NCBI GenBank assembly: GCA_016432645.1
Contig: CP066698.1
Coordinates: 901,062-965,061, forward strand
From: Candidatus Falkowbacteria bacterium
GTDB lineage: Bacteria > Patescibacteriota > Patescibacteriia > Patescibacteriales > UBA12465
Length of the DNA: 64,000 bases
Direction of reading: 5' to 3'
The position numbers and the translations under genes are program-made. Below, piece by piece: positions 26,454 through 38,530 of the stretch (its first letter is position 1; every line of letters starts with the position of its first letter). The notes under the pieces are model-generated. The model was not told where the DNA came from. It saw only the letters and a list, made by a program, of their open reading frames with translations, and searched no databases.

Positions 26454-27317
26454 ATGGGAGCAGAGAATATTATCCAAGAAAATACTGAGGGTGCCGTTCA
26501 CGAAAATACTGATGAAGTAATCCATGAGAATACTTTGTTTGCCGAGCCAATAGCGCACATTGGTCATTTTCCAATTACTAATGCCTTGGCGACATCAACT
26601 GTGGCTTTGATTATTATTGCGATTTTAGCGATTGTTATTAGACGAAACTTAAAGAAAGTCCCGACTGGCTTGCAGAATGCGATGGAAATTATTATTGAAG
26701 GTTTCTTGGGAATTTTTGACGGTGTCACCGGCGATCGTAAAAAATCTTTAAAATTTGCGCCGGTAGTTTTAGCTTTTTTCTTTTTCATCCTTATTAATAA
26801 CTGGATGGGGCTATTGCCGGGAGTTGGTTCTATTGGCCAGATTGCCGCTCACGGCGGAGAAAAAATATTTATTCCTTATTTGCGCGGCGGCACCGCTGAT
26901 TTAAATACTACTTTGGCGCTGGCGACTTTAGGCGTAGTACTCAGCCATATTATGGGAGTACTGGCTGTTGGCTGGTGGAAATATTTAAATAAGTTTATTA
27001 ATATTAAAGCCTTTTTAGAAATACCAAAAAAGATTGTGAAGGATCCGATGATTATTTTAGTTAATCCCATTAAAGCTTTTGTTGGTTTAATTGAGATTAT
27101 TGGCGAGCTGGCTAAAGTAGCTAGCCTCTCCTTCCGTTTGTTCGGTAATGTTTTCGCGGGTGAAGTGTTGCTTGCTTCGATGTCGGCTATTTTGGCTTAT
27201 GGGGTTCCGATTCCGTTTATGTTTTTAGAAGTTCTGGTCGGCCTGATTCAGGCGCTTATTTTTGCGATGTTGATTTTAACATATTTAACAATTAACACGA
27301 CAGCTGAAGAACATTAA
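26454..27317 (+). CDS. atpB: F0F1 ATP synthase subunit a
   Basis: 287 aa. The conserved SLSFRLFGNVFAGEVLL segment carries the essential Arg, and the protein is multi-TM. Confidence 0.9.
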   Translation: MGAENIIQENTEGAVHENTDEVIHENTLFAEPIAHIGHFPITNALATSTVALIIIAILAIVIRRNLKKVPTGLQNAMEIIIEGFLGIFDGVTGDRKKSLKFAPVVLAFFFFILINNWMGLLPGVGSIGQIAAHGGEKIFIPYLRGGTADLNTTLALATLGVVLSHIMGVLAVGWWKYLNKFINIKAFLEIPKKIVKDPMIILVNPIKAFVGLIEIIGELAKVASLSFRLFGNVFAGEVLLASMSAILAYGVPIPFMFLEVLVGLIQALIFAMLILTYLTINTTAEEH

Positions 27318-27353
27318 TTAAAATTTAAATAAACAGCGGGGCGAAAATAATAA

Positions 27354-27593
<240 letters not shown>

Positions 27594-27605
27594 TATTTTG
27601 ACGGA

Positions 27606-27630
27606 TTTCTCCTGAAATTTTCGGGAGAAA
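27606..27630 (+). other. intercistronic hairpin between atpE and atpF
   Basis: TTTCTCC-N11-GGAGAAA, a 7-bp stem with no T tail. It may act as an mRNA stability or stoichiometry element. Confidence 0.35.
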
Positions 27631-27656
27631 GCGCTAGATTATTATAAAAAATAAAT

Positions 27657-28145
27657 ATGGAATCATTAGTTTCAACTTTTCATGTCGATGTCCAATTGTT
27701 AATTGCGCAATTGGTAAATTTTGCCATTGTTTTTTCAGTTTTATATTTCTTTGCTTTTAAGCCTTTGGTCAAAATGATGACCGAGCGCTCGGAAAAAATT
27801 GATAAGAGTTTAAAAGACGCCGATGAAATTGAAAAGCGTTTGGTGTTAACCGAAAAAGAACAAGCAGATATTATTGCGGCCGCCAAAAAGCAGGCTAATT
27901 TAATAATCGAAGAAGCCGACAAGCGCGGAGAAGAACGGAAAGCCGCTCTAGTTGTTAAGGCCAAAGAAGAGGTTGCTCAAGTAATTAGCGGCGAGAAAGC
28001 TAAATTAGTTAGCGAGAAGGCCGAAATGCTTAAAGAAATTAAAAAAGAAGTTGCCAGTTTGGTTATTTTAACAGTTGAAAAATTATTGGAGGAAAAAATG
28101 ACTGGCGAAAAAGATAAGGAGCTTATTAGTAAATTGGTTAAGTAA
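27657..28145 (+). CDS. atpF: F0F1 ATP synthase subunit b
   Basis: 162 aa with an N-terminal TM helix and then a long charged helix (KEQADIIAAAKKQANLIIEEADKRGEERK). Confidence 0.85.
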   Translation: MESLVSTFHVDVQLLIAQLVNFAIVFSVLYFFAFKPLVKMMTERSEKIDKSLKDADEIEKRLVLTEKEQADIIAAAKKQANLIIEEADKRGEERKAALVVKAKEEVAQVISGEKAKLVSEKAEMLKEIKKEVASLVILTVEKLLEEKMTGEKDKELISKLVK

Positions 28146-28149
28146 GATT

Positions 28150-28551
28150 ATGAAAATATCCGTTTCACAATATGCATCCGCTCTATTTGATTTAGTGGCC
28201 GGTAAATCTGAAAAAGAAGCTAAGGCCATTATTAAGAATTTGGTATTTACCTTAGATAAAAATCATGACCTTGGTAAAGCGGACGCTATCAGCGCTTCAT
28301 TCGCGGAGCTCTGGAATAAGGAGCACGGGGAAGTTGATGCTAAGTTATCAAGTGCTCGTGAATTTTCTGCCGCTACTCGGGAAATGGTAGTTGATTATCT
28401 AAAAAATAAAACTGGCGCTAAAAAAATTATTTTAGAAACGGAAGTTAATCCTGAAATTATCGGCGGGTTTGTTCTTAGATACGGGTCAAAAGTTTTAGAT
28501 GGCAGTTTAAAGAATAGTTTAAATAGTCTTAAAAATAAAATTAGTAATTAA
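28150..28551 (+). CDS. atpH: F0F1 ATP synthase subunit delta (OSCP), short form
   Basis: 133 aa. YASALFDL is at the N-terminus and IIGGFVLRYGSKVLDGSLKNSL at the C-terminus. The gene lies between atpF and atpA. Confidence 0.75.
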   Translation: MKISVSQYASALFDLVAGKSEKEAKAIIKNLVFTLDKNHDLGKADAISASFAELWNKEHGEVDAKLSSAREFSAATREMVVDYLKNKTGAKKIILETEVNPEIIGGFVLRYGSKVLDGSLKNSLNSLKNKISN

Positions 28552-28572
28552 AAATAAATTTAGCATAAACGT

Positions 28573-30096
28573 ATGTCAACTACAAAGGATTTCATTGTTG
28601 AACAGCTAAAAGAAGAGATTTCCGGCTTTAAAGCCGAGGTGAGCGAAAAATCAGTCGGTAAAGTTTTAAAAGTTTCCGATGGTATTGCGCTAGTTTCCGG
28701 TTTAGCCGAAGCGATGATGAGTGAAATTTTAATTTTTAAAACCGAAAAAGGCGAAATTAACGGCGTGGCTTTGAATTTAGAAGAAAGCCAAGTCGGCGCC
28801 ATTGTTTTGGGAGATTTTACCGTTATTAAAGAAGGCGACGAAGTCGTGGCTACTAAGAGAATCTTAGAGGTTCCAGTCGGTGAAAATATGGTTGGCCGCG
28901 TCGTTAATCCTTTGGGAGAACCGCTAGATGGTAAGGGAAAAATTGAAACTACTAAATTTTATCCGGTAGAAAAAATCGCCCCCGGTGTTATTACACGCGC
29001 CTCTGTTAAAGAACCGGTACAAACCGGTATTAAAGCGATTGACGCCATGATTCCAATTGGTCGCGGTCAGAGAGAACTTATTATCGGTGATCGCCAATTA
29101 GGGAAAACTGCCATCGCAGTTGATACAATTATCAATCAAAAAGGTCAGAACATGAAATGCGTTTATGTGGCTATCGGTCAAAAAGAATCCAAGGTTGCTA
29201 ATATTGTTACTAAATTAACGGAAGCAGGTGCTATGGATTATACTACGGTTGTTTTAGCTGGTGCCTCTACTCCGGCCTCCTTAATATACATCGCTCCTTA
29301 CGCTGGTTGCGCGATGGCCGAATATTTTTTGGATAAGGGTGAAGATGTCTTGATTATTTACGATGATTTATCTAAGCATGCGGTTTCATATCGAGAAATT
29401 TCCTTGTTATTACGCCGTCCTCCAGGACGCGAAGCTTATCCGGGCGACGTTTTCTATCTCCACTCTCGTTTACTAGAACGCGCTTGTAAATTGAACAAAG
29501 ATTTCGGTGGCGGCTCTATCACCGCGTTACCGATTATTGAAACTCAGGCGGGGGATTTATCAGCTTATATTCCAACTAATGTTATTTCTATTACCGACGG
29601 TCAAATTTTCTTGGAACCAGATTTATTTTATAAAGGTAATCGCCCAGCGGTTAATGCCGGTTTGTCGGTTTCCCGTGTCGGTTCCAGCGCTCAAATTAAA
29701 GCGATGAAAAAAGTAGCCGGTAAGATGCGTTTGGAAGCAGCTCAATATCGTGAACTCGCGGCTTTTGCTCAATTCGGTTCCGACTTGGACTCAGAAACCA
29801 AGAAGAAATTGGAACGTGGCCAGAGATTATATGAAATCTTTAAGCAAGACCAATATCAGCCGCTTTCAGTTGCAAAGCAGGTTTTAACTTACTTTGCCTT
29901 GATTAATGGTCTTATGGATGACGTTCCGGTAGAGCGTGTTCGCGAGTTTGAAGCTGGTTTATATAAATATGCTGATTTGAATGACACTGTTTTGAAATTA
30001 ATCGCCGAAAAGAAAGAATTAGATGAAGAAATAGAAGCCGGTTTAAAGAAATTGATTGGTGATTATAAAGTAACGGTGGATTATTTAATTAAGTAA
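28573..30096 (+). CDS. atpA: F0F1 ATP synthase subunit alpha
   Basis: It has the Walker A motif GDRQLGKTA plus YDDLSKHA and ITDGQIFLE. Confidence 0.97.
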   Translation: MSTTKDFIVEQLKEEISGFKAEVSEKSVGKVLKVSDGIALVSGLAEAMMSEILIFKTEKGEINGVALNLEESQVGAIVLGDFTVIKEGDEVVATKRILEVPVGENMVGRVVNPLGEPLDGKGKIETTKFYPVEKIAPGVITRASVKEPVQTGIKAIDAMIPIGRGQRELIIGDRQLGKTAIAVDTIINQKGQNMKCVYVAIGQKESKVANIVTKLTEAGAMDYTTVVLAGASTPASLIYIAPYAGCAMAEYFLDKGEDVLIIYDDLSKHAVSYREISLLLRRPPGREAYPGDVFYLHSRLLERACKLNKDFGGGSITALPIIETQAGDLSAYIPTNVISITDGQIFLEPDLFYKGNRPAVNAGLSVSRVGSSAQIKAMKKVAGKMRLEAAQYRELAAFAQFGSDLDSETKKKLERGQRLYEIFKQDQYQPLSVAKQVLTYFALINGLMDDVPVERVREFEAGLYKYADLNDTVLKLIAEKKELDEEIEAGLKKLIGDYKVTVDYLIK

Positions 30097-30099
30097 AGT

Positions 30100-32453
<2,354 letters not shown>

Positions 32454-32456
32454 TTT

Positions 32457-32903
32457 ATGTCTAATAAGACTATAAAATTTGAAATTGTTACTCCGGAACG
32501 AGTGGTTTTGAAACAGGAAATTTTACAAATTACTGTGCCGACCGCCAGTGGGGAAATAACAGTTTTGCCAGATCACATTCCTTTGGTTTCAATTTTGAAA
32601 TCCGGAGTCATTGAAATTAAAAGAGCCGACAATATTACCGAAATTATGGCTGTTTCCGGTGGTTTTTTGGAAGTTATGAAAGATAAGGTGGTTATTTTGG
32701 CCGACACCGCTGAAAGAGCGGAAGAGCTTGATGAGGCACGAATTAAGGAAGCTAGGGAGAAGGCCGAGAAGCTTAAGGAAGAGGCCAAGAATGTTGATGA
32801 TGTTCAATTCACTAATATTGCCGCTAAGATTGAAAAGGAATTGGCGCGTGAACGGGCACTTAATAAATGGCGCCGTCTTAAAAATGTAAATCCAGGAAAA
32901 TAA
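32457..32903 (+). CDS. atpC: F0F1 ATP synthase subunit epsilon
   Basis: 148 aa with an N-terminal beta-sandwich (FEIVTPERVV...LPDHIPLVSIL) and a charged helical C-terminus. Confidence 0.9.
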   Translation: MSNKTIKFEIVTPERVVLKQEILQITVPTASGEITVLPDHIPLVSILKSGVIEIKRADNITEIMAVSGGFLEVMKDKVVILADTAERAEELDEARIKEAREKAEKLKEEAKNVDDVQFTNIAAKIEKELARERALNKWRRLKNVNPGK

Positions 32904-32916
32904 AAATATAAATTGT

Positions 32917-33735
32917 ATGTTTAAAGAAGCTAATATGTTTAATCAAAAAAACGAAACAATGGACAAACATCACAATCATGAAGCGCTCTTTGACCAAGAA
33001 TGGGAGAAGGGCCAAAACAATGAGTTAATTGAAGCGCTGAAAGCTGGAGTTGGTTTTCAAGAAAAATTATTTGCGCTTCCTGGTTTTAAAGAGGCTTTTG
33101 CTCATAAGCTTACATGCCTTGAATGTTCTGACGGCAGGGTTAATTCCCATTTAGGGAAATTGGCTTTGGCCGGAGAAGGCTTATTGCTTAATTCTGAAGA
33201 TCGCGAGATTTTAGTTAAAGCAATTAAGGAACAAGGACTGACGATTACTGGTCACGAAAATTGCGGCGCCGCTGGCATTGCTCATCCTGGCGAAGGCAGT
33301 GACGATTATGGCTATCAGAAAGCTAAAGAATTGGTGGCTGACACCGGCAATGCTTATCACGAGGTTCACCACGATGAATTTACTTCACCGGTTCATAATG
33401 AACGGACCTTAGTCTTAGAAGGTACTGGTCGCTTTAATGTCGCTGATTTAGAAGGCTTTCCGGGCCAATTTATTAGCTCCGCTTCTCATTTTGGTTTGAG
33501 TACTGAATATCAGAAGACTGAAGCTAAGGCTTTAATTGGCATTGCTTTAGGGGACCATTCCTTTGGAAAGAGATTTGATAAAGAGAATCCTTTTTATCTG
33601 ATTGTTTCCGCTAAAGACGAAGCTCAATATGAGCAGTTAACCAAGATGGCTGAAGAAATTGCGGCTGACTATGACGGGTTTGTTAAGGTAAATGGCTTTA
33701 TTGCTCCTCAGGAAGTTCTCGCTCAAAAAATTTAA
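32917..33735 (+). CDS. hypothetical protein with beta-class carbonic-anhydrase-like zinc motifs (CSDGRV ... GHENCGAAG)
   Basis: 272 aa. It starts 13 nt after atpC on the same strand and has a terminator only after it. C70-x-D72-x-R74 and H113-x-x-C116 match the CxDxR and HxxC zinc-ligand pattern, but the rest is divergent. Confidence 0.4.
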   Translation: MFKEANMFNQKNETMDKHHNHEALFDQEWEKGQNNELIEALKAGVGFQEKLFALPGFKEAFAHKLTCLECSDGRVNSHLGKLALAGEGLLLNSEDREILVKAIKEQGLTITGHENCGAAGIAHPGEGSDDYGYQKAKELVADTGNAYHEVHHDEFTSPVHNERTLVLEGTGRFNVADLEGFPGQFISSASHFGLSTEYQKTEAKALIGIALGDHSFGKRFDKENPFYLIVSAKDEAQYEQLTKMAEEIAADYDGFVKVNGFIAPQEVLAQKI

Positions 33736-33758
33736 CTCTAAAAATCAAACTGGATTTT

Positions 33759-33785
33759 AAAACCGCCTTTAACAGCGGTTTTTTT
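33759..33785. terminator. bidirectional terminator between the atp-linked gene and convergent uppP
   Basis: AAAACCGC-CTTTAACA-GCGGTTTTTTT, flanked by A and T tracts. Confidence 0.7.
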
Positions 33786-33796
33786 GTAGTTTTGTC

Positions 33797-34594
33797 TTAA
33801 AGTAGTATATAAGCTATTAAGATAATCCCGGCAATTATTCTATACCAACCAAAAATTGCAAAACTGTTTTTTTGGATATAGCGTAAGAAAAATTTAATCC
33901 CTAAAATCGCGGTTATAAAAGCCATCACAAAACCTAACGCCCAAACAATAATCTCCTGGCTGTTTAGTATCGGGGGATTTTTGTATAAATCAAAGGCGGT
34001 GGCAGCCAACATAGTTGGCATGGCCAGTAAAAAGGAAAATTCTACAATATTTTTACGGGTCACTCCAAGAGATAGACCGCCCATGATAGTCGCCGCTGAA
34101 CGAGAAACGCCTGGGATAACAGCGAGTGCTTGGTAAATGCCAATAATTGCCGCTTGGCGGTAAGTAATGGCGCCTAGCTCAGCTTCGTTCGGTTGTTTAA
34201 TGACGGTGCTTCTTAGCGCCTTTTTAGAGAAATATTTTTCCAGAACAATTAAAATTGCGCCGCCGATAATGAGCGCGCCGGCAATTATTGGTAGACTTTC
34301 CATTAGATAGCCTTTTACTAGTTTATAAGCCGCGAGGCCGATAATCGAGGTTGGGATGAAGGCAGCGGCAATTTTCCAAATTAATTTCGGATTTTTAATG
34401 ATGGTCTTGGCATATAAGACAGCCACTGACAAGATTGCGCCTAGCTGGATGGCAATTAAGAAGCTTTTTAGAGATTCTGAATCCGGGATTTTAAGCCAAT
34501 TAGCGGCAATAATCAGATGGGCGGTTGACGAAATCGGCAGAAACTCGGTTAAGCCTTCGATTAATCCCAGAATGAGGGATTGGATAATAGTCAT
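33797..34594 (-). CDS. uppP: undecaprenyl-diphosphate phosphatase UppP/BacA
   Basis: 265 aa. It carries GLIEGLTEFLPISSTAHL and PGVSRSAATIMGGL, and has 8 TM helices. Confidence 0.9.
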   Translation of the reverse strand: MTIIQSLILGLIEGLTEFLPISSTAHLIIAANWLKIPDSESLKSFLIAIQLGAILSVAVLYAKTIIKNPKLIWKIAAAFIPTSIIGLAAYKLVKGYLMESLPIIAGALIIGGAILIVLEKYFSKKALRSTVIKQPNEAELGAITYRQAAIIGIYQALAVIPGVSRSAATIMGGLSLGVTRKNIVEFSFLLAMPTMLAATAFDLYKNPPILNSQEIIVWALGFVMAFITAILGIKFFLRYIQKNSFAIFGWYRIIAGIILIAYILL

Positions 34595-34675
34595 ATATTT
34601 TTATTATACCCCCATTTTACCTTAAATGGAGCGATAAATAAACCCCTATTTTTTGTTTTAATCTATTCGATTTTT

Positions 34676-34684
34676 TGCTATAAT
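34676..34684 (+). promoter_or_regulatory. extended -10 promoter element TGCTATAAT
   Basis: TG-N-TATAAT at 34676-34684, 30 nt before the ATG at 34714. No clear -35 element is present. Confidence 0.45.
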
Positions 34685-34713
34685 ATAATCATTAAAAATA
34701 AATTTTTTTAAAT

Positions 34714-35208
34714 ATGGCTATTGCTAAAAAAGCATCTCAAAAAAAGTCGATTGTGGTCGCCGTTTCAGGCTATTTTAATCCGCTGCATGTCGGGCATTTA
34801 GATATGATTACTAAAGCCGCTAAACTGGGAGATAAGTTGATTGTTATTGTTAATAATGACCAGCAAGTAAAACTTAAAGGCAGCGTGCCTTTTATGTCGG
34901 AAGCTGATCGGGTCAGGGTTATCGGCGCTTTAAAAGGAGTTGATGAAGTTTTTTTGTCAATTGATAAAGATAAAACTGTTTGCCGCTCATTAACCAAGAT
35001 TAAACCTAATATTTTTGCTAATGGCGGCGATCGTCACAGCATTGGCGATGTTCCAGAATATCCAATTTGTAAAAAATTTGGGATTAAAATGGTTGATGGC
35101 TTGGGTAAGAAAATTAGAGCTAGTTCCGAAATGATTGCTCGAGCGGCTATTTTAAAAGCTGAAAAAGCCAAACTGGAAGAACAGGCAAGGGCTGGTGCTA
35201 AAAAATAA
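34714..35208 (+). CDS. cytidylyl/adenylyl-transferase-family nucleotidyltransferase (RfaE domain II / TagD-like)
   Basis: 164 aa. VAVSGYFNPLHVGHLDMI carries the HxGH motif, followed by a Rossmann-like layout. Confidence 0.65.
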   Translation: MAIAKKASQKKSIVVAVSGYFNPLHVGHLDMITKAAKLGDKLIVIVNNDQQVKLKGSVPFMSEADRVRVIGALKGVDEVFLSIDKDKTVCRSLTKIKPNIFANGGDRHSIGDVPEYPICKKFGIKMVDGLGKKIRASSEMIARAAILKAEKAKLEEQARAGAKK

Positions 35209-35210
35209 CT

Positions 35211-36146
35211 ATGGATAAACCGTTAACATTAAAATTAATCCTGATTGCTGCTATTATTTTGATGCTAGTTCTTTTGATAAAACCATTTTACCGCGAAGTT
35301 ATTAAAAGGAATAAGTCTTATCTGCCGGGGTTTATTGAGAATTGGATTGATGCTCGCGATAGCCGCCAAAAACCAAGTGCTGTTGTTTATCGTCCGGAAG
35401 AAACTATTAAAATCTTGGAAGGCTGGACTGTTGAAGATATTAATAATTATTTGGTTTCTTTCGGAAAATGGTCGCGTGAAGATTTGAATCAAGCTATTGG
35501 TATCTCTAAACTGGATTACCGCACCTTGAAAGATTCGGACAGGCCCTTAGATTTTTCTGATAAGTTTGATTTTTTACGGGATAAGCCGAATTATTATAGC
35601 TTGGAAGGATTTCTTTTTCCCGATACTTATCGTGTTTATGCCGATGCCTCGACTACGGATATTATCTATAAAATGCTGAGTAATTTTGATAAAAAATTAA
35701 CTTCACAAATGCGCGCCGATATTGCGGCTCAGGGGAAGACAATCTATGAAGTTGTTATTATGGCTTCTTTAATAGAAAAAGAAGCGTTGATTAATTATAC
35801 TGATTCGGAAAACAGGGATGCGCGGATTGTTTCGGATATTTTTTGGGGAAGATTAAAAACCGGTCAAGCCTTGCAATCAGATGCTACTCTTTCGTATTTA
35901 TTAAATGACAGCAATCCGGCTCATTCCGGTTCCGATTTGGAAATCGATTCCCCTTATAATAGTTATAAATATAAGGGTTTGCCGCCGACGCCAATTTGTA
36001 ACCCCGGACTCCGCGCTTTAGAAGCGGCGATTTATCCGATTAAAACCGATTACAATTATTTTTTAACTAGCCGTGACGGCAAAAATATCTATTACGCCAA
36101 AACTTACGAAGAGCATTTGAACAACAAATATAAATATTTGAAATAA
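35211..36146 (+). CDS. mltG: endolytic murein transglycosylase MltG (YceG-like)
   Basis: It has an N-terminal TM helix, EGFLFPDTY, ASLIEKEA, LQSDATLSY and SPYNSYKYKGLPPTPICNPG. Confidence 0.85.
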   Translation: MDKPLTLKLILIAAIILMLVLLIKPFYREVIKRNKSYLPGFIENWIDARDSRQKPSAVVYRPEETIKILEGWTVEDINNYLVSFGKWSREDLNQAIGISKLDYRTLKDSDRPLDFSDKFDFLRDKPNYYSLEGFLFPDTYRVYADASTTDIIYKMLSNFDKKLTSQMRADIAAQGKTIYEVVIMASLIEKEALINYTDSENRDARIVSDIFWGRLKTGQALQSDATLSYLLNDSNPAHSGSDLEIDSPYNSYKYKGLPPTPICNPGLRALEAAIYPIKTDYNYFLTSRDGKNIYYAKTYEEHLNNKYKYLK

Positions 36147-36150
36147 AAAT

Positions 36151-38529
36151 ATGTTTTCCGAACAACCAATTGTTATTTCGCCAGAGCAGGAAAAACAATA
36201 TGCCCTAGCGCCTGAACCTTCAGATCAGGATTCAAAGAGACCGATAAAGAAAATAATTTTAATTATTGCCTTGGTTTTGGCGGTGGTCGCTTTAGCATTC
36301 GCTATTTTTTTAATTGTTAAAAAATATCAAGTTAAGCCGCCAGTGTCTGTAGAGCCGACAGCGACGACTACGGTAGAAAATAACTTTAATTCTTCAAGTA
36401 CTTTGCCCGACTTGAGCAACCCGGACGGCACCGCCAGTTCTTCTGCTTCTACAACTTTGGCTAATTTAGCGGTGGAATATCTGGCTTTTACTGATTTTTA
36501 TCAAGCCCCCGATAATAATTTAGACTTTAAGATAGAGGATTATAGTTTGCCTCTTAATATCAAAAAAGACGGCATGAATTATTATGATTTGTCGCGGAAA
36601 TTAAATCTAGAGCCGGGAATAGCGAATCTTAATAATAGCGGGTTTGCAGTTGTTGATAATCCTTGGCAAAATGAAGCCAATGATTTTTATTCTATCTATC
36701 AGCGCTTAGATGAAAAACAGATTCCCGTTTTAATCACCTCGGATTTTTTAATTTATTACTATCAAAACACTCTTAAAAGCGTTTTTAAAGATATTGAAAG
36801 TAATATTTTTTATGACAATCTATGGTTGATTAATAAAGAGCTTTATAATTTGGCCAAGAATCGTTATGAAACCAGATTAGCCTCTATCGGCGATGTTAAT
36901 GATTCAATTTTAGAGGGGCAGCGTTTAGAGATGGCTTTTTTTGCTGTTTCTTTGGAGCTTTTAAAGCCGGATGCCGACCAGATATCAACCCAAGGAGCAA
37001 TTGATAATAAAAGTAAATTTAGCGCCGGTGATGTCGAAAGATTTTATTTGACTATCCCGCCTTATTTGAAAGATGATGTTGCTAAAGAGCTGGCCTTAAT
37101 AAAAGAGGGTAAGCAAAATACTAAATCTCCTAATCTGCTTTACAAAAAAAATTATGCTGATTTTATTGTTCCCGCCGAATATAAAATCGATGCCAAGCTT
37201 AATAATTTTTATTTGGCAACTAAATGGCTTAGTTCCACTTTTCCCCTAGAATATCAAAGCGGTACCTGTCCTAACTGTCTTTTGGATAAAGAAGATTGGC
37301 GTTTAAGCATGATTGCCGCCAGCTTGATAAGCACCGATTTCTCCAGTCGTCCCGATTTAAAAAATCGTTGGGCGAAAATATATAAGCTCATGGCCTTTTT
37401 TAAGGGTTTACGCGATGAAATAGATTATGTTAACTACCATGATTCGTTGGTAGCTTTATTTGGTGATAATTATAGCGTTGAAGATTTATTTGCCGACAGT
37501 AACCCAGAAGCAGCCTCTAATTTAGAAAAATTAAAAAATAAAGTGTTTGCTCATGATTATAAAATTATTCAGGGAGCAATCAGTAAAACTGATGCCAGTC
37601 TCCGGCCAACAATCGGCTTTAAAATGTTAGCCGAGTCTTATTGGCCCAATGATTATATTTTTAATCGTCTAACCTGGCCTTTAGTCGGCACTTATCAAGG
37701 GACTTCAACTAAAGTGGTCGGCGATGTTACCGCTTGTGATTATCAAAAAACAGTTAGGCGCTGCAATGGCTTCTCTATGGATATTGTCAATTTAATCCAT
37801 CCGCTTGCCGGCAATACTATATTTGATAAGAACACTAGATATACTAATTATCAAAAAGAAGCCGCCGGCTTAGTTTCCAGTCTTAGCGACCTTACTTTTT
37901 GGCACACCTCTAATTACTGGTCAACTTTAAGCATTATGAAGTCAGTATTGGCTGTGGATGTTAAAAAAATGCCGGTTTTTGCCGCCTCCAGCCAGTGGGA
38001 AGCGCAAAATTTAGAAACGGCCTCCGCTGCCTGGGTTAATTTGCAATTACCTTTGGAAAAATTTTCAGTTACCCCGGTTTTTACTGGACAGAGTTTGGGT
38101 AATTTTTCTCAGTATAACGAAAATGTCTACGTGGAGCCGAATTTACCCTTGGTGAATGAACTAATCGCGACTAATAATATGCTAGCCCAGATGTTCACCG
38201 CGCTTCGTCTTAATGAGGAGCTTAATTCGGCCGCCAAAAATCTTCAAGACATTGATAATGATTTAAAGGATATTCGTGAGATTATTATTAAAGAATTAAC
38301 CTCAGAAGAGCTTGACGAGCGCGACAGTGCAACTATTACCGACTTTGCCAGGAAGTTCACCGTTGATCAAAAAACTCGGGCCAGCCGAGTCTTGTCGCTC
38401 ACCTCTCCTAGCAAAACCACGATTAAGGAGAGTTTGGAAAAAATAAGATTGAAAGTTTTAGTCCACGAATCACAGGGTAATAAAGTTATTTCCGTCGGGC
38501 CGGTATGGGATTTTCAAGAAAGCCGTTAA
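36151..38529 (+). CDS. large membrane-anchored extracytoplasmic protein of unknown function
   Basis: 792 aa. A single N-terminal TM helix (KKIILIIALVLAVVALAFAIFLIV) precedes an ~730-aa soluble domain with no motif I recognise. The gap to mltG is 4 nt. Confidence 0.6.
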   Translation: MFSEQPIVISPEQEKQYALAPEPSDQDSKRPIKKIILIIALVLAVVALAFAIFLIVKKYQVKPPVSVEPTATTTVENNFNSSSTLPDLSNPDGTASSSASTTLANLAVEYLAFTDFYQAPDNNLDFKIEDYSLPLNIKKDGMNYYDLSRKLNLEPGIANLNNSGFAVVDNPWQNEANDFYSIYQRLDEKQIPVLITSDFLIYYYQNTLKSVFKDIESNIFYDNLWLINKELYNLAKNRYETRLASIGDVNDSILEGQRLEMAFFAVSLELLKPDADQISTQGAIDNKSKFSAGDVERFYLTIPPYLKDDVAKELALIKEGKQNTKSPNLLYKKNYADFIVPAEYKIDAKLNNFYLATKWLSSTFPLEYQSGTCPNCLLDKEDWRLSMIAASLISTDFSSRPDLKNRWAKIYKLMAFFKGLRDEIDYVNYHDSLVALFGDNYSVEDLFADSNPEAASNLEKLKNKVFAHDYKIIQGAISKTDASLRPTIGFKMLAESYWPNDYIFNRLTWPLVGTYQGTSTKVVGDVTACDYQKTVRRCNGFSMDIVNLIHPLAGNTIFDKNTRYTNYQKEAAGLVSSLSDLTFWHTSNYWSTLSIMKSVLAVDVKKMPVFAASSQWEAQNLETASAAWVNLQLPLEKFSVTPVFTGQSLGNFSQYNENVYVEPNLPLVNELIATNNMLAQMFTALRLNEELNSAAKNLQDIDNDLKDIREIIIKELTSEELDERDSATITDFARKFTVDQKTRASRVLSLTSPSKTTIKESLEKIRLKVLVHESQGNKVISVGPVWDFQESR

Positions 38530-38530
38530 G

